Shown in pieces: positions 9,461 to 20,770 of a stretch of 64,000 nt of DNA (within the stretch, counting starts at the first letter, position 1; each line of letters starts with the position of its first letter). The notes under the pieces are model-generated. The model saw nothing but the letters and a program-made list of their open reading frames with translations, was not told the DNA's origin and ran no database searches. The position numbers were made by a program, and so were the translations under genes. The stretch comes from an uncultured Gemmatimonadales bacterium (GTDB lineage: Bacteria > Gemmatimonadota > Gemmatimonadetes > Gemmatimonadales > GWC2-71-9): positions 352,001-416,000 of the forward strand of contig CAVSLV010000002.1 of assembly GCA_963728915.1 (NCBI GenBank), in the 5' to 3' direction.

Positions 9461-12400
9461 ACCGCCTCCCCTTCTGCCGTCTTCCGCCCCCGATCGGCCC
9501 AGCCGCGAATCACCGAGAAAAACAGCGGGATGAAGAAGATGCCGACTCCCGTCGCGATCAGCATCCCGAAGAACACCCCGGTGCCGATCGAGTGGCGGCT
9601 CGCGGCGCCGGCCCCGCCCGCAATGACCAGGGGGCTCACCCCCGCGATGAAGGCCAGCGAGGTCATGAGAATGGGCCGGAGCCGCTGCCGGGCCGCTTCC
9701 ATCGCGGCATCGCGAATGGATCGTCCTTCGCTCCTCAGTTTCGAAGCGAACTCCACGATCAGGATCGCGTTCTTCGCCGCCAGGCCCATGACCGCGATCA
9801 TCCCCACCTGGAAATAGACGTCCTGCGGCATGCCCCGGAGCCAGACCCCGAAGAGTGCGCCGAAGAACCCGAACGGAATGCCCAGGAGCACCGCGAAGGG
9901 AATCGACCAGCTCTCGTACTGCGCGGCGAGCACCAGGAACACGAGCATGAAGCCAAGCAGGATCACCGTCGAGCCGCCCCCGCCGGAAATCCGCTCCTGG
10001 AAGGTCTGACCGCTGTAGCCGTAGCCGATCCCCTGCGACGCGTACTTGGTGTCGAGCAGTTTCTCCACCGCCTTGATCATCTCGCCCGAACTCTTGCCGG
10101 GGGCCGGGCTCGCGGTGACCAGCGCGGAGGGGAATCCGTTGAAACGGCTGATGATGCTCGGGCCGCCCCGCATCTCGCTCGTGACCAGGGCCGACAGCGG
10201 GATCATTTCGCCCCGGTTGGAGCGAACGTAGAAGCGGCCGATGTCCTCGGGCCGCTGCCGGAACGGGATGTCGGCTTCGGCCTGCACCCGGTAGGTCCGC
10301 CCGTACAGGTTGAAGTCGTTGATGTACAGGGTCGACAGCATCGACTGCATGGTGGAAAAGATCTGACTGGTGCTCACCCCGCGTGCCTGGGCCACTTCGC
10401 GATCCACCGTCACATAGAGCTGCGGCACGTTGGCGCGGGCCAGGGTGGCCGCTCCGGTCAGCTCGGGCAGCTTGTTGAGGTCCTGCACGACCGCCTGGAC
10501 CTGTCCCAGGAAGGTGGCGTAATCCTGGCCCGAGCGGGCTTGGAGGTTGAGCTCGAGGCCGCTGGTGCGTCCTAACCCGGGGATCTCGGGAAAGTTGAAA
10601 GCGAAGCCGAACGCCTCCTTGATGCCGAACAAGGCCCCGTTCATCCGGCCCAGCGTGGCCTGGAGGCTCAGGTTCTTCCCCTTCCGCTCGCCCCAGGGCT
10701 TGAGCCGGATGAACATGGTGGCGCTGTTGGTCTGTTGCGAAAAAGTGAGCAGGTCGAGCCCCACCAGGGTCGTCGTCGCCGCGATCGCCGGATCGTGCAG
10801 CGCGATCTGCTCGACCCGGCTCACGACCTCCTCGGTCCGCTGTCGCGACGCGGCGTCGGGAAGCTGGAGCGCCATCACGAAGAAGCCCTTGTCCTCCTCG
10901 GGAATGAACGCTCCCGGGACCCGGCGGTAGAGCACGACCGTGAGGGCCACCACCACGGCAAAGAGCGCCAGCCAGGTCTTCGGCCGCCCGATGATCCGGC
11001 CGGTCCGGTTGACGTAGCGCCCCCGGGTTCGGTCGAACCAGTGGTTGAAGGCCTGGAAGAACCGGTTGGTGGTCTCCGCCGGCGAGTGCTTGAGCAGCGC
11101 GGCGCAGAGCGCCGGGGTCAGGGTCAGCGCGACGATGCCGGAAATGGTCACGGCGATGACGATCGCCAGCGCGAACTCCTTGTAGAGCGCTCCGGTGATG
11201 CCGCCCAGAAACGCCACCGGCACGAACACCGCCGCCAGTGACAGCACGATCGCGATCAGCGCGCCGGCCACCTGGCGGATCGCCTTGTCGGCGGCGAGCC
11301 GGGGCGGCAGGTGTTCCTCCTCCATGATCCGCTCGGTGTTTTCGATCACCACGATGGCGTCGTCCACCACGATCCCGATCGCCAGCACCAGTCCGAAGAG
11401 GGTGAGGCTGTTGATGGTGAAGCCAAGCATCTGCAGCCCGAGGAAGGTGCCGATGATGCTGACCGGCACCGCGAGGACCGGGATCAGGGTGGCCCGCCAG
11501 CTCTCCAGAAAGAGGAAGACCACCAGGGTCACCAGGATCATCGCCTCGATCAGCGTCTTGAACACCTCCTTCATCGACTCGGTGATGAAAGGCGTCGTGT
11601 CGAACGCGATGACCTGGTGGATCCCGGACGGGAACCCGGTTTCGAGCTCCTTCATCCGCTGAACCACCGCATTCTTCACCGCGAGGTTGTTGGCCTCGGG
11701 CCGGGCGCTCACCAGGAAGAAGGTGTTGGGCTTGCCATTGAACCGGCCGACCTGGTCGTAACTCAGCGCGCCCAGGTGGACCCGGGCGATGTCGCGGACC
11801 CGGAGCAGCGAGCCGTTGGGCAGCGCGCGCACGATCACCGCGCCGAATTCTTCCGGGGTCTTGAGCCGGCCGGTGGTCGTGACCGGCAGCGTGAGCTCGG
11901 TCCCCGGCGGCGCGGGCTCCCGTCCCAGCCGTCCCGCCGGATTGGTGGTGCTCTGCTCCCGCACCGCGGCGGCCACGTCCTGCACCGTGATGCCGAGCTG
12001 GGCCATCTTGTCCGGATCGAGCGAGAGCAGCATCGAAAAGTCGAGCCCGCCGAAGACGAAGGCGCTCCCGACCCCGGGAATCCGCTTGAGCTCGTCCTCG
12101 AGGTAGAGTTTGGCGTAGTTGGTGAGATAGGACGCGTCGTACCGGGGATCATCGCTGACCAGCGCCACCACCATGAGAATGTTGGCGCCGATCGCCTTCT
12201 GCACCACGACACCCTGGCGCCGGACCTCCTCGGGAAGCTGCGGCTCGGCCAGTTTGATCGCGTTCTGGACGTCGACCGCGGCGAGGTCCTGGTCGCGGGA
12301 GATGTCGAAATACACCGACATCGACATCGCGCCGCTGTTGGAGTTGGCCGACTGGTAGTACAGCAGGCCGTCGAGCCCCGAGAGCTGCTGCTCGATCGGC

Positions 12401-12652
12401 GCCGCGACCGCCTGCGCCACGTCCTCGGCGACTCGCGCCGGGGTAGATCGCGGTGACCTGAACCGCGGGCGGAGTGATCTGGGGGAAACGATTCACCGGC
12501 AGCCGCAGCATGGCGAAGCCGCCGAGCAGGACGAAGACGATCGAAATGACGGCGGCGAAGACCGGCCGCCGGATGAAGAGGTAGCGGGGCTTTTCCTCCG
12601 GGACAGGCGGCTCTCCGCCCAGGCCGGAGACCCCGAACGTGCTCGTGGTCAT
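9457..12652 (-). CDS. RND efflux permease (AcrB/MexB HAE1 family; frameshift at ~12430)
   Basis: [41 protein letters not shown] and RLRPILMT. Confidence 0.92.
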
Positions 12653-13781
12653 GGCCGGGCGGCTCCCGGGGCCTTGGTCGAATCCCCGGCCGCGACCACC
12701 CGCACCTTCATGCCGGGCCCGATCTTCTGGAGCCCGTCGACCACCACCCGGTCGCCGGCCGAGAGCCCGCTCTCGATCAGCCAGTTGTTGCCCTCCCAGC
12801 TCGAGGCGGTCACGTCGTGGATCTTGACCGTGTCGCCCGGGGCCACGACGTAGACACTCTGCCGGCCCATCGCCTGGACCACCGCGCGCTGGGGAATCAG
12901 GATCGCGCTGTCCCGGGTGAAGCCCAGCAGGCGGACCCGCACGAACTGGCCGGGAAGGAGCAGGTGCTGCGGGTTAGGAAAGACCGCCCGGAGCTCCTGG
13001 GTGCCGGTGGCCGGATCCAGGACCGGGTCGATGAAGCCGAGCTTCCCCGTGGTCGGGACCACCTGCCCGTTCGGCAGGGTCGCTTCGATCCGGAGCGGCC
13101 CGCCGGGCTGGAGCTTCCGGTTCGACTCCGGATGCTCCCGCCAGGCCAGGAGCTGCTGGCTGGAAGGACGGAAATTCACATAGATCGGGATCCAGGACGT
13201 CGATCGTGGTCAACACGTCCTCGGGTCCGCGAACCCGGGCCCCCACCTCGAGCATGGCCTGGCCCACCCGGCCACCGAGTCTCGGCCCGGACAGTGGCAT
13301 CGTTCATCGCCTTGCGGGCTCGATCGAGCGCACCACGGGCCGACTCGACGCCGGCCTCCGCCTGCTTCGCCTCCGCAACCGCGTTGTCGTAGTCCTGTTT
13401 CGAGATCGCATTGTCCCGCACCAGGGCGGTGAGCCGCTGGAGCCGCGACGCCGCATTGGCTTGACGGGCCTCTGCTTCCGCGAGCCGCCCCTGGGCCGCT
13501 CGCAAGTCGGCGTCATAGTTGGTGGGATCGATCCGGTACAGCACCTGACCCGCCTGCACCGCCTGCCCTTCGCGGAAGGGGCGCTCCACGATCACTCCTC
13601 CCACCTGGCTCCGGACCTGGACCCGCTTCGAGGCCTCCACTTCGCCGGAGAACTCGTAAGCCTGGTTCAGGGTCTTGGGCTCCACGGTCATGACCGCGAC
13701 CTCGGGCGGCGGCGGGGTGAACTGGGGAGCGGACTTGCAGGCGCCAACCAGCAGCGCGGTCACCATGAACCCCTTCCTCAT
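12649..13781 (-). CDS. RND periplasmic adaptor (MFP; frameshifts at ~13187 and ~13279)
   Basis: Lipobox VGAC, VRSQVGG, LYRIDP and LLPGQFVRV across three frames. Confidence 0.88.
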
Positions 13782-14422
13782 GTCCCCTCCTTCGCCAGTC
13801 CGCGTTCCAGTAGAGCCAGAAATTCCGTGAGTACTTCCTCGGGCGGCGACAACGGTCCCTTGCAGTGCTGCATCAGCCGCTGCCGTCCCATCACCATACC
13901 AATCACGCTCGCACTGATCACCCGAGACACATGCTCGGGATTCACTGGGCGGAATTCGCCATGCTTGATTCCTGACTCGATCACCCGCTGAAGCACCCGG
14001 GGGCATCGCATTCCAATTTCCCCGCTCACCACCAGCCCAGCCTCGGGACAACTCAACGCCGAGGCCATGCCCACCAGGAGAAGATCGGCGCTTCCCGGCC
14101 GGCTCAACCGGGTCCAGCTCCGCTCGATCAGGAGACGGAGGAGCTCGGCATAGCTTCCCCGGTGCTCCACCAGGAGCGCTTCGTCCTCTTCGGCTCCATC
14201 GAGGAAGCGATCGGCGACGACTTCGTTGAACAGGGTGGCCTTGCTGCCGAAGTAGTGCTGGACCGTTCCCGGGCTGATGCCGGCTCGCTCCGCAACGTGA
14301 GCGAGGGTGGCGGACTCGTAGCCTCGCTCACCGAAGACCAGCGCCGCGGCATCGAGAATCTCGCGACGGCGCTCGGTAGGACGGCGATGCCAGCGGGGGC
14401 CGGCGACTTCAGCTTCGGACAT
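13778..14422 (-). CDS. TetR/AcrR family regulator
   Basis: N-terminal HTH ILDAA..GYESAT..VAERAGIS..YFGSK; first gene of the efflux operon. Confidence 0.9.
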   Translation of the reverse strand: MSEAEVAGPRWHRRPTERRREILDAAALVFGERGYESATLAHVAERAGISPGTVQHYFGSKATLFNEVVADRFLDGAEEDEALLVEHRGSYAELLRLLIERSWTRLSRPGSADLLLVGMASALSCPEAGLVVSGEIGMRCPRVLQRVIESGIKHGEFRPVNPEHVSRVISASVIGMVMGRQRLMQHCKGPLSPPEEVLTEFLALLERGLAKEGT

Positions 14423-14431
14423 GGGGCGGCA

Positions 14432-14459
14432 AATTTACCATACGATCAAATAATTGCAA
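14432..14459 (-). promoter_or_regulatory. Sigma70-type promoter of the tetR-RND operon
   Basis: TTGCAA-16nt-TAAATT with a TGn extension, 9 nt before the ATG. Confidence 0.5.
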
Positions 14460-14550
14460 GGCCGATCACGTTGAAAAGACAAGGGTTGCAAACCAGTCGA
14501 TGGGTATCTGGGTGAGCTAAACCATTGTCCGGCTGGCGATTCCACCGGGG

Positions 14551-15885
14551 TCACCGGTTCTGCTTTCGGGAATACCACGCCATGATCGCCGGGGTACTGA
14601 GACCATGCACCAGCACGCTCAGGGCGATCACCGAGATGGTGAGACTCGCCACGGTTCCGGCTGTTTCCCGATCGAGTCGTTGGGTCATGATGTACACGGC
14701 GAAATAGAGACTCGCCATTCCCCGGATCCCGAACCATCCCATCAACCATCGCTGGGACTCTCGGAGCGGGGCGTTCGCGAGCACCAGCCGGGCGACCAGG
14801 GGACGGATCACCACGAACAGCACGAGGGCGAGTGGGATGGCCCGGGCGTCCCAGTAACTGCCAAGCAGCACGCCCATGACCGCCACCAGCAGAAAGGTGA
14901 GGAGCCGTTCCGCGGTGTCTCCGAACGAGACCATTTCGGAGACCACCACCCCGGCAGCCACCGCCGGGGCGCGCAGTTGCTGGGTGGTCAGGTTCGCCTC
15001 GACGAGATGCTCGGCGGGAGGATGCCGTTCCCCGGGAGTATCGTCGTCGACCTCGGGATGAGGGAACCGCTCGACGGTGCGCACTTCGGCGCTTCGCATC
15101 CCGACGCCGGAGGCGAACGCCGCGAGGAAGCCGATCGCCCCGACCGCCTGGGTGACCGCGAACGCGATGGCGATGAGCGCCAGGGCGAGAAAATCGCTCG
15201 GCGCGCTGGTGACGCCCTGGCGGCTTCGGAACCGAATCGCCAGCAGGCCGCCGCCCCGTCCCACGAAATATCCGATCACCAGACCGCCCACGGTCCCCCA
15301 GAGCTCGCGCCCGGCAAACCACTCCAGCAACCAGCCGGTATTGCCTTCGTGCCGGAGCAATCCCAGGGCGAGCACCACAAAGGGAAACGCGAGACCGTCG
15401 TTGAGACCCGACTCTCCGGTGAGGCCGAACCGGACCCGGTCGCGGTCGGTAGCGCTCCCGACGGTCACCAGCTCCGAGAGCAGCGGGTCGGTCGGGGAAA
15501 GCATCGCCGCGAGGAGCAGCGCGACCGGGACGTCGAGGCCTAACCCGGCCCATCCGGCCAGGGTCAGGAGCCCGATGCAGCCCAGCATGCCGGGACCCGC
15601 CAGCCAGTACGCCGCCCGCCACTGGGGTGCCCGCCAGTCGGCCCGGAGCTTGAGCCCTCCGAAGAACAGGGCGATCACGACCCCGACCTGCAGCAGGGGA
15701 TCCAGCCATTCCGTCGCGCCGGGCAGGCGAATGTTCAGGACCCCGAATCCCTTCGGGCCGAGCAGAAATCCCGCGATCAGGTACACCACCGAGGGGGCCG
15801 CGGGCAGGTCCTGCACGTAGGCCGCCGCCAGCGCGAGGAGGAGCAGAAGGCCGCCGGCAACGAAGGTCCAGGCGAGGAACGACAT
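14551..15885 (-). CDS. Cation:proton antiporter (CPA1/NhaP-like)
   Basis: LSPTDP, GESGLNDG and WFGIRG motifs. Confidence 0.88.
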   Translation of the reverse strand: MSFLAWTFVAGGLLLLLALAAAYVQDLPAAPSVVYLIAGFLLGPKGFGVLNIRLPGATEWLDPLLQVGVVIALFFGGLKLRADWRAPQWRAAYWLAGPGMLGCIGLLTLAGWAGLGLDVPVALLLAAMLSPTDPLLSELVTVGSATDRDRVRFGLTGESGLNDGLAFPFVVLALGLLRHEGNTGWLLEWFAGRELWGTVGGLVIGYFVGRGGGLLAIRFRSRQGVTSAPSDFLALALIAIAFAVTQAVGAIGFLAAFASGVGMRSAEVRTVERFPHPEVDDDTPGERHPPAEHLVEANLTTQQLRAPAVAAGVVVSEMVSFGDTAERLLTFLLVAVMGVLLGSYWDARAIPLALVLFVVIRPLVARLVLANAPLRESQRWLMGWFGIRGMASLYFAVYIMTQRLDRETAGTVASLTISVIALSVLVHGLSTPAIMAWYSRKQNR

Positions 15886-15892
15886 CGGCCGG

Positions 15893-16849
15893 CTACTTGA
15901 GGGAGAGGAGATAGGCCGCCATCGCATGCGCTTGGGAGCCGGCGAACTCCCGGAACGAGGGCATGGCAACGCCCGGCTTGAGCGACTGGGCCGCGGTGAT
16001 CCAGGCGGTCATGGTGCCCAGCGTGTTAGGAATGGCGCCCCCGGCGAGATCCAGCCGGGACCCCACGTGGGTCAGATCCGGGCCCACCCTGCCCGCCGCC
16101 ATCGTTCCCCGGATGGCATGACAGGCGGCGCAGGGACCGGTGGTCACCAGCCGCGCCCCCTCCGCGAGCTCCGAATCCGCCGGCGCCAGGGATGGCAGGA
16201 GCTGCTCCGCGCGCCATTGTTCGAACTGCTCCGCCGGCTCCGCCACCACGATGAGCTTCATGTTCGCGTGCTGGTCCCCGCAGAACTCGGCGCAATAGCC
16301 CCGATACACCCCGGGATGGGTTGCCAGGAAGCGGAGGGAGTCGGTCTGGCCCGGAATGAGGTCCATCTTCCCCTGCAGCTCGGGGACCCAGAAGCTGTGG
16401 ATCACGTCGGCCGTCGTGAGGGACAGGCGAACCGGAATGCCCACAGGCACGTGGAGCTCGTTGGCGGTCACGAACCCGCCGGCCTCGGGTGCGCGGATCT
16501 CCCACCACCACTGATGACCGATGATCTGGAAGGAGACGCCGTCGTCCCGGCTCTTGGGGTAGCCACCCATCTCCGACAGGGCAGTCAGGAACAACCCGAC
16601 CAGGATGAGGCCCGGCAGGATCGCTCCGCCGATGACGACCAACCGGGTTGACCGCCTGCTCAGGTCGGCCGGGACCGGCGACGTGGCGGGTCGATTCCGG
16701 ACGACTGCCATGATCAGGAGAACGATCACGATCACATAGACGACCACCGACACGACCATCAGCAGTCGGGTCAGGCTGGAGAGCCCTCCTGCCTCGACAC
16801 TTGCCGGCGCCAGCACCGAGGCACCCTGGGCCAGTTGCTCAGGCGTCAT
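15893..16849 (-). CDS. coxB: Cytochrome c oxidase subunit II with fused cytochrome c (caa3-type)
   Basis: GHQWWW, DVIHSFW, CuA motif CAEFCGDQH, and C-terminal heme motif CAACH. Confidence 0.92.
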   Translation of the reverse strand: MTPEQLAQGASVLAPASVEAGGLSSLTRLLMVVSVVVYVIVIVLLIMAVVRNRPATSPVPADLSRRSTRLVVIGGAILPGLILVGLFLTALSEMGGYPKSRDDGVSFQIIGHQWWWEIRAPEAGGFVTANELHVPVGIPVRLSLTTADVIHSFWVPELQGKMDLIPGQTDSLRFLATHPGVYRGYCAEFCGDQHANMKLIVVAEPAEQFEQWRAEQLLPSLAPADSELAEGARLVTTGPCAACHAIRGTMAAGRVGPDLTHVGSRLDLAGGAIPNTLGTMTAWITAAQSLKPGVAMPSFREFAGSQAHAMAAYLLSLK

Positions 16850-17211
16850 CGGATCGCCGTACACGGATTGGTGAGGAGCGGCGGAATCCCGAACAGGACG
16901 ATGCCGAAGAGAAAGAGCGCGCTGAGCCCGGTCCCGCCTGCCGCCATGAACCGCGCCCTGCTCGTGGCGGATGCAGGCGTGGTGCTGGCTTCGGCGCCGG
17001 TGTGACGCAGGTTGTCGATCGCGACCAGGAGGCCCGCGAGCCCGAGTCCGAACATGGCCGCGGAGATGACGATGACCCGGAACGCCGGATGACCGGCTCC
17101 CCCCGCCGCGCACCCCGTGGCGCCGAGCGGGTAGCCGGCCACCTCACAGAGGACCCAGGCCGATGGGGCAGCCACGACGCCGAACCAGAGCCGCCTGAGA
17201 GGTGGAATCAT
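16846..17211 (-). CDS. Small 3-TM membrane protein in the oxidase operon
   Basis: Hydrophobic ORF MIPPLRRLWFG..., translationally coupled on both sides (ATGA). Confidence 0.7.
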   Translation of the reverse strand: MIPPLRRLWFGVVAAPSAWVLCEVAGYPLGATGCAAGGAGHPAFRVIVISAAMFGLGLAGLLVAIDNLRHTGAEASTTPASATSRARFMAAGGTGLSALFLFGIVLFGIPPLLTNPCTAIR

Positions 17212-17825
17212 CCGAGCTTCGGTCCCAGGTAGAGGCAGGTGAAGACCACCAGCCACACCCCATCGACGAAGTGCCAGTAGAGCGAGGTGGTCGCCACTCC
17301 GAGCCGGCGCCCCGCGCCGAAGTGGCCGAGCACTGCGCGGACCAGCGTATACCCCATCAGGAGTAAACCAAAGCACAGGTGCGCGGCGTGAAACGACGTG
17401 ATGGTGTAGAACGCCGAGGCGTAGGCGTGGGTCGTCGGCAGGATGTGCTCGATTCGGATCTTGTGGTAGTACTCGTACCCGAACAGTCCGAGAAAACCGA
17501 GTCCTAACCCGATCGCTCCGAGCAGCCCGGCGATCAGCTGGTTGCGGTTCCCCTTCTTGATCCCGCGTTCTCCCCAGTGCAGCGCCGCGCTGCTCAGGAG
17601 CAGGATCGTGGTCATGAGCATGGGCCTCGGCAGTCCGGGCGGGGCGATGCCGGGAGGCGGCCAGGCAGGACTCCGGGAGCCCAGGTAGAAGTAGCTCCCG
17701 AGCAGATAGGCGAAGAGGCTGAGTTCGGTCGCGCAGAGCAGCGCCATTCCCCACCAGCCCCAGGTCGCGTGGGGACGGTCGGCCCGCGGCAGCCGGTAGT
17801 CGAGAGGGATCGCGGGGGAGCTCAT
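17208..17825 (-). CDS. Heme-copper oxidase subunit III
   Basis: FYTITSFHAAH and YWHFVDGVW. Confidence 0.9.
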   Translation of the reverse strand: MSSPAIPLDYRLPRADRPHATWGWWGMALLCATELSLFAYLLGSYFYLGSRSPAWPPPGIAPPGLPRPMLMTTILLLSSAALHWGERGIKKGNRNQLIAGLLGAIGLGLGFLGLFGYEYYHKIRIEHILPTTHAYASAFYTITSFHAAHLCFGLLLMGYTLVRAVLGHFGAGRRLGVATTSLYWHFVDGVWLVVFTCLYLGPKLG

Positions 17826-19715
17826 TCAGACCTCGGTCCGGTCGACTCGAGCGAGCCTGGGCCACATCCAGCGCCCGATCGCGAAGAGGGAAGCCAGCGC
17901 GGAGGCGATCGTCACCCAGGTCCATCCCAGCAGCAGGCCGATCGACGCCAGGAGCAGGGTGACCGCGATCACCACAGTCCACAGATTCCCTTCGGGGAGC
18001 TCCTCCGCCGCTTCGAGCTCTCCGTCCAGCGCGGAGGTCCGCGGGGTCAGCCGTTTCTCGTCGAATGCGGGCCCGGGTGCGAGACCGCCGTCCCAAAGGG
18101 GAGTCTGGCTGCTCACGACCGGGATGCGGGCAAAGTTGTAGTCGGGCGGCGGCGAGCTGGTGGCCCACTCCAGGCTGTGGGCCCCCCAGGGGTCGGGACC
18201 GGCCGGGCGGCCGCCCCGGTAGCTCCGGAGCAGGTTCCAGAGGGTGAGCAGAGTGCCGGTCGCGAACACCAGGGCGCCGATGGTGGAAGCGAGGTTCATG
18301 GCGGCCACCCCCGGGTTAGGCGCGTACGTGTAGATCCGCCGTACCATGCCGAGGAGCCCGGCGATGTGCATCGGGAAAAAGGCCAGATTGAAGCCGACCA
18401 ACATCACCCAGAAACTCGCTTTGCCGAGCCGCTCATCCAGCAGGCGCCCCCGCATCTTGGGAAACCAGTAGTAGAGCGCCGCGAAGAGGGCGAACAGCGA
18501 GCCGCCCGCCAGGACGTAGTGGAGGTGGGCGACCACGAAGTAGGTATCGTGCGCCTGCCAGTCGAAGGGAACCACCGCCGTCATGACCCCGCTGATGCCT
18601 CCCAGCACGAATTGCACGATGAAGCCGAGGGTGAACAGCATCGGGGTCTTGAGGACCACTTTGCCGTGCCACATCGTGGCGATCCAGGCGAAGACCTGGA
18701 CCGCGCTGGGGATGGAGACCACCATGCTGCCGGCACTGAAGAAGCCCACCGAGATCTGCGGCAGGCCGGTGACGAACATGTGGTGGGCCCAGACCCCGAA
18801 GCCGGCAAGGCCGGTGGCGATGGTGGCCCCGACGATCAGGTTGTGGCCGACCATCGGTCGCCGGCTCATCGCGGGGATGATCATCGAAAGCATGCCGGTG
18901 GCGGGGAGAAAAACGATGTAGACCCAGGGATGCCCGAAGACCCAGAAGAGATGCTGCCAGAGCAGTGGGCTCCCACCCAGCGCCGGATCGAAAAAACCGA
19001 AGTGCCAGCGCCGGGCCAGCTCGAGAAACACCAGGGCGACCGTGAGCGCCGGAATGGAGAACACCACCGCGAAGGACGTGGTGAGCGAGCTCCACAGCAT
19101 GAGCGGGATCTTGTCGAGCGACATCCCCGGCGCCCGCAGTTTGAAGATCGTGACGATGAGGTTGATCGCGCCGGCAGTGGTCGAGACCCCGAGCAACAGG
19201 AGTCCCAGGGCATAGAAGTCGATGTTGTAACCCGGGGTGTACAGCGAGGTGAGCGGGGTGTAGTTGAACCAGCCGCCGTTGGGCGCCTGGCCGATCAGAA
19301 AGCTCGCATAGAGAAAGAGTCCCGCGAGCAGAAAGCCGTAATACGAGAAGGTATTGAGCCGCGGAAAAGCCAGCTCTCGCGCTCCGATCAGGAGAGGAGT
19401 GAGATAGAAGGAGAATCCCGAGAGCACCGGCTGAACGAACAGGAACATCATGGTGGTGCCGTGCATCGTGAAGAGCTGGTTGAACGCCGCGGGAGAAAGC
19501 AGATGGTTTTCGGGGCGGATCAGCTGAAGCCGAAGCAGGATCGCTTCGACTCCTCCCAGGAAGAGAAAGACCGAAGCGGTGACGATGTAGCGGATGCCAA
19601 GCGTCTTGTGGTCGACCGTGGCGATCCAGCCGAGGAGGGTGGAAGGCGTCTCCCAGAGCCTGGTCAGCCGCTCGGATACCTGGGGATCATGCCGGAGTTC
19701 GATCGGAGCGCTCAT
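17826..19715 (-). CDS. ctaD: Cytochrome c oxidase subunit I (A-family-like, atypical channel residues)
   Basis: TVDHK, TMHG, GHPWVY, WAHHM, AHLHY and GMVRR. Confidence 0.93.
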   Translation of the reverse strand: MSAPIELRHDPQVSERLTRLWETPSTLLGWIATVDHKTLGIRYIVTASVFLFLGGVEAILLRLQLIRPENHLLSPAAFNQLFTMHGTTMMFLFVQPVLSGFSFYLTPLLIGARELAFPRLNTFSYYGFLLAGLFLYASFLIGQAPNGGWFNYTPLTSLYTPGYNIDFYALGLLLLGVSTTAGAINLIVTIFKLRAPGMSLDKIPLMLWSSLTTSFAVVFSIPALTVALVFLELARRWHFGFFDPALGGSPLLWQHLFWVFGHPWVYIVFLPATGMLSMIIPAMSRRPMVGHNLIVGATIATGLAGFGVWAHHMFVTGLPQISVGFFSAGSMVVSIPSAVQVFAWIATMWHGKVVLKTPMLFTLGFIVQFVLGGISGVMTAVVPFDWQAHDTYFVVAHLHYVLAGGSLFALFAALYYWFPKMRGRLLDERLGKASFWVMLVGFNLAFFPMHIAGLLGMVRRIYTYAPNPGVAAMNLASTIGALVFATGTLLTLWNLLRSYRGGRPAGPDPWGAHSLEWATSSPPPDYNFARIPVVSSQTPLWDGGLAPGPAFDEKRLTPRTSALDGELEAAEELPEGNLWTVVIAVTLLLASIGLLLGWTWVTIASALASLFAIGRWMWPRLARVDRTEV

Positions 19716-19800
19716 GCGCTCGCCCTGTGCACCGCACCCGCCTCCTCACCGGTCGCAGTTCAGAGACGCCCGCGGGCCGGGAATCGTGCACCTCAGGACA

Positions 19801-19848
19801 GGCGGACAGGCGGACAGGCGGACAGGCGGACAGGCGGATGGGTGGATG
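19801..19848. repeat. 6 x 8-bp GGCGGACA tandem repeat (4 perfect, 2 degenerate)
   Basis: (ggcggaca)4 ggcggatg ggtggatg. Confidence 0.85.
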
Positions 19849-19852
19849 GGGA

Positions 19853-19876
19853 ATGGCCAGGGGAGGAATCGAACCG
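19853..19876 (-). repeat. Direct-repeat copy of the tRNA-Phe 3' end
   Basis: 23/24 identical to 19970-19993. Confidence 0.85.
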
Positions 19877-19970
19877 AGTCGGCCCTCCGGGCTACGAGGA
19901 AGAGCGAGCGCAGCGAGCTCAACCGCCGAGAGCGAAACCGCGCCTGGGCCGGAGGGTATTCAGGGGAGCA

Positions 19971-20043
<73 letters not shown>

Positions 20044-20063
20044 CCGGAGGGCGACAATATATA

Positions 20064-20091
20064 AGTGACCGGTGACCGGTAACCAGTGACC
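20064..20091. repeat. 4 x 7-bp tandem repeat RGTRACC between the divergent tRNA and upp genes
   Basis: agtgacc ggtgacc ggtaacc agtgacc. Confidence 0.7.
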
Positions 20092-20121
20092 GGCACGCCT
20101 CAGGTCGTATATTTCCTTGAC

Positions 20122-20766
20122 ATGCCCCACCCCCGGTTTCCGAACCTCACCGTCCTGGAGCACCCCCTGATCCAGCACAAGCTGGCTATCCTCCGGGACA
20201 AGGCCACTTCGGTCAAGGACTTCAAACAGCTGGTCAACGAGATCGCGATGCTGATGACCTACGAGGTCACTCGTGACCTCGTCACGCAGGACGTCGAGAT
20301 CGAGACGCCCCTGGAGCGGATGACCGCCCGCAAAGTCGCGGGAAAGAAGCTCACCCTGGTTCCCATCCTCCGCGCCGGCCTTGGAATGGTCGAAGGCATC
20401 ACCCAGCTCATTCCCTCGGCCCGGGTGGGGCACGTCGGTCTGTTCCGCGACCACGAGACCCTCAAGCCGGTCAGCTATTACTTCAAGGTGCCCGCCGCGG
20501 AAACCGATCGGGACTTCTTTCTCCTCGATCCCATGCTCGCCACCGGGGGCTCCGCGGTGGCCGCGGTCGACAAGGTGATCGCTTCCGGTGCGACCCGGGT
20601 CCGATTCCTTTGCCTGGTCGCCGCGCCCGAAGGAGTGCAGGCCATGCTCGACACGCATCCGACGGTTCCGGTGTTCGCCGCCGCGCTCGATCGGGAGCTC
20701 AACCGCCAGGGATACATCCTGCCGGGGCTGGGCGACGCGGGTGATCGCATCTTCGGAACCCGATAG
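20122..20766 (+). CDS. upp: Uracil phosphoribosyltransferase
   Basis: HPLIQHKL, PILRAGLGM, LDPMLATGGS and PGLGDAGDR. Confidence 0.96.
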   Translation: MPHPRFPNLTVLEHPLIQHKLAILRDKATSVKDFKQLVNEIAMLMTYEVTRDLVTQDVEIETPLERMTARKVAGKKLTLVPILRAGLGMVEGITQLIPSARVGHVGLFRDHETLKPVSYYFKVPAAETDRDFFLLDPMLATGGSAVAAVDKVIASGATRVRFLCLVAAPEGVQAMLDTHPTVPVFAAALDRELNRQGYILPGLGDAGDRIFGTR

Positions 20767-20770
20767 CCCC

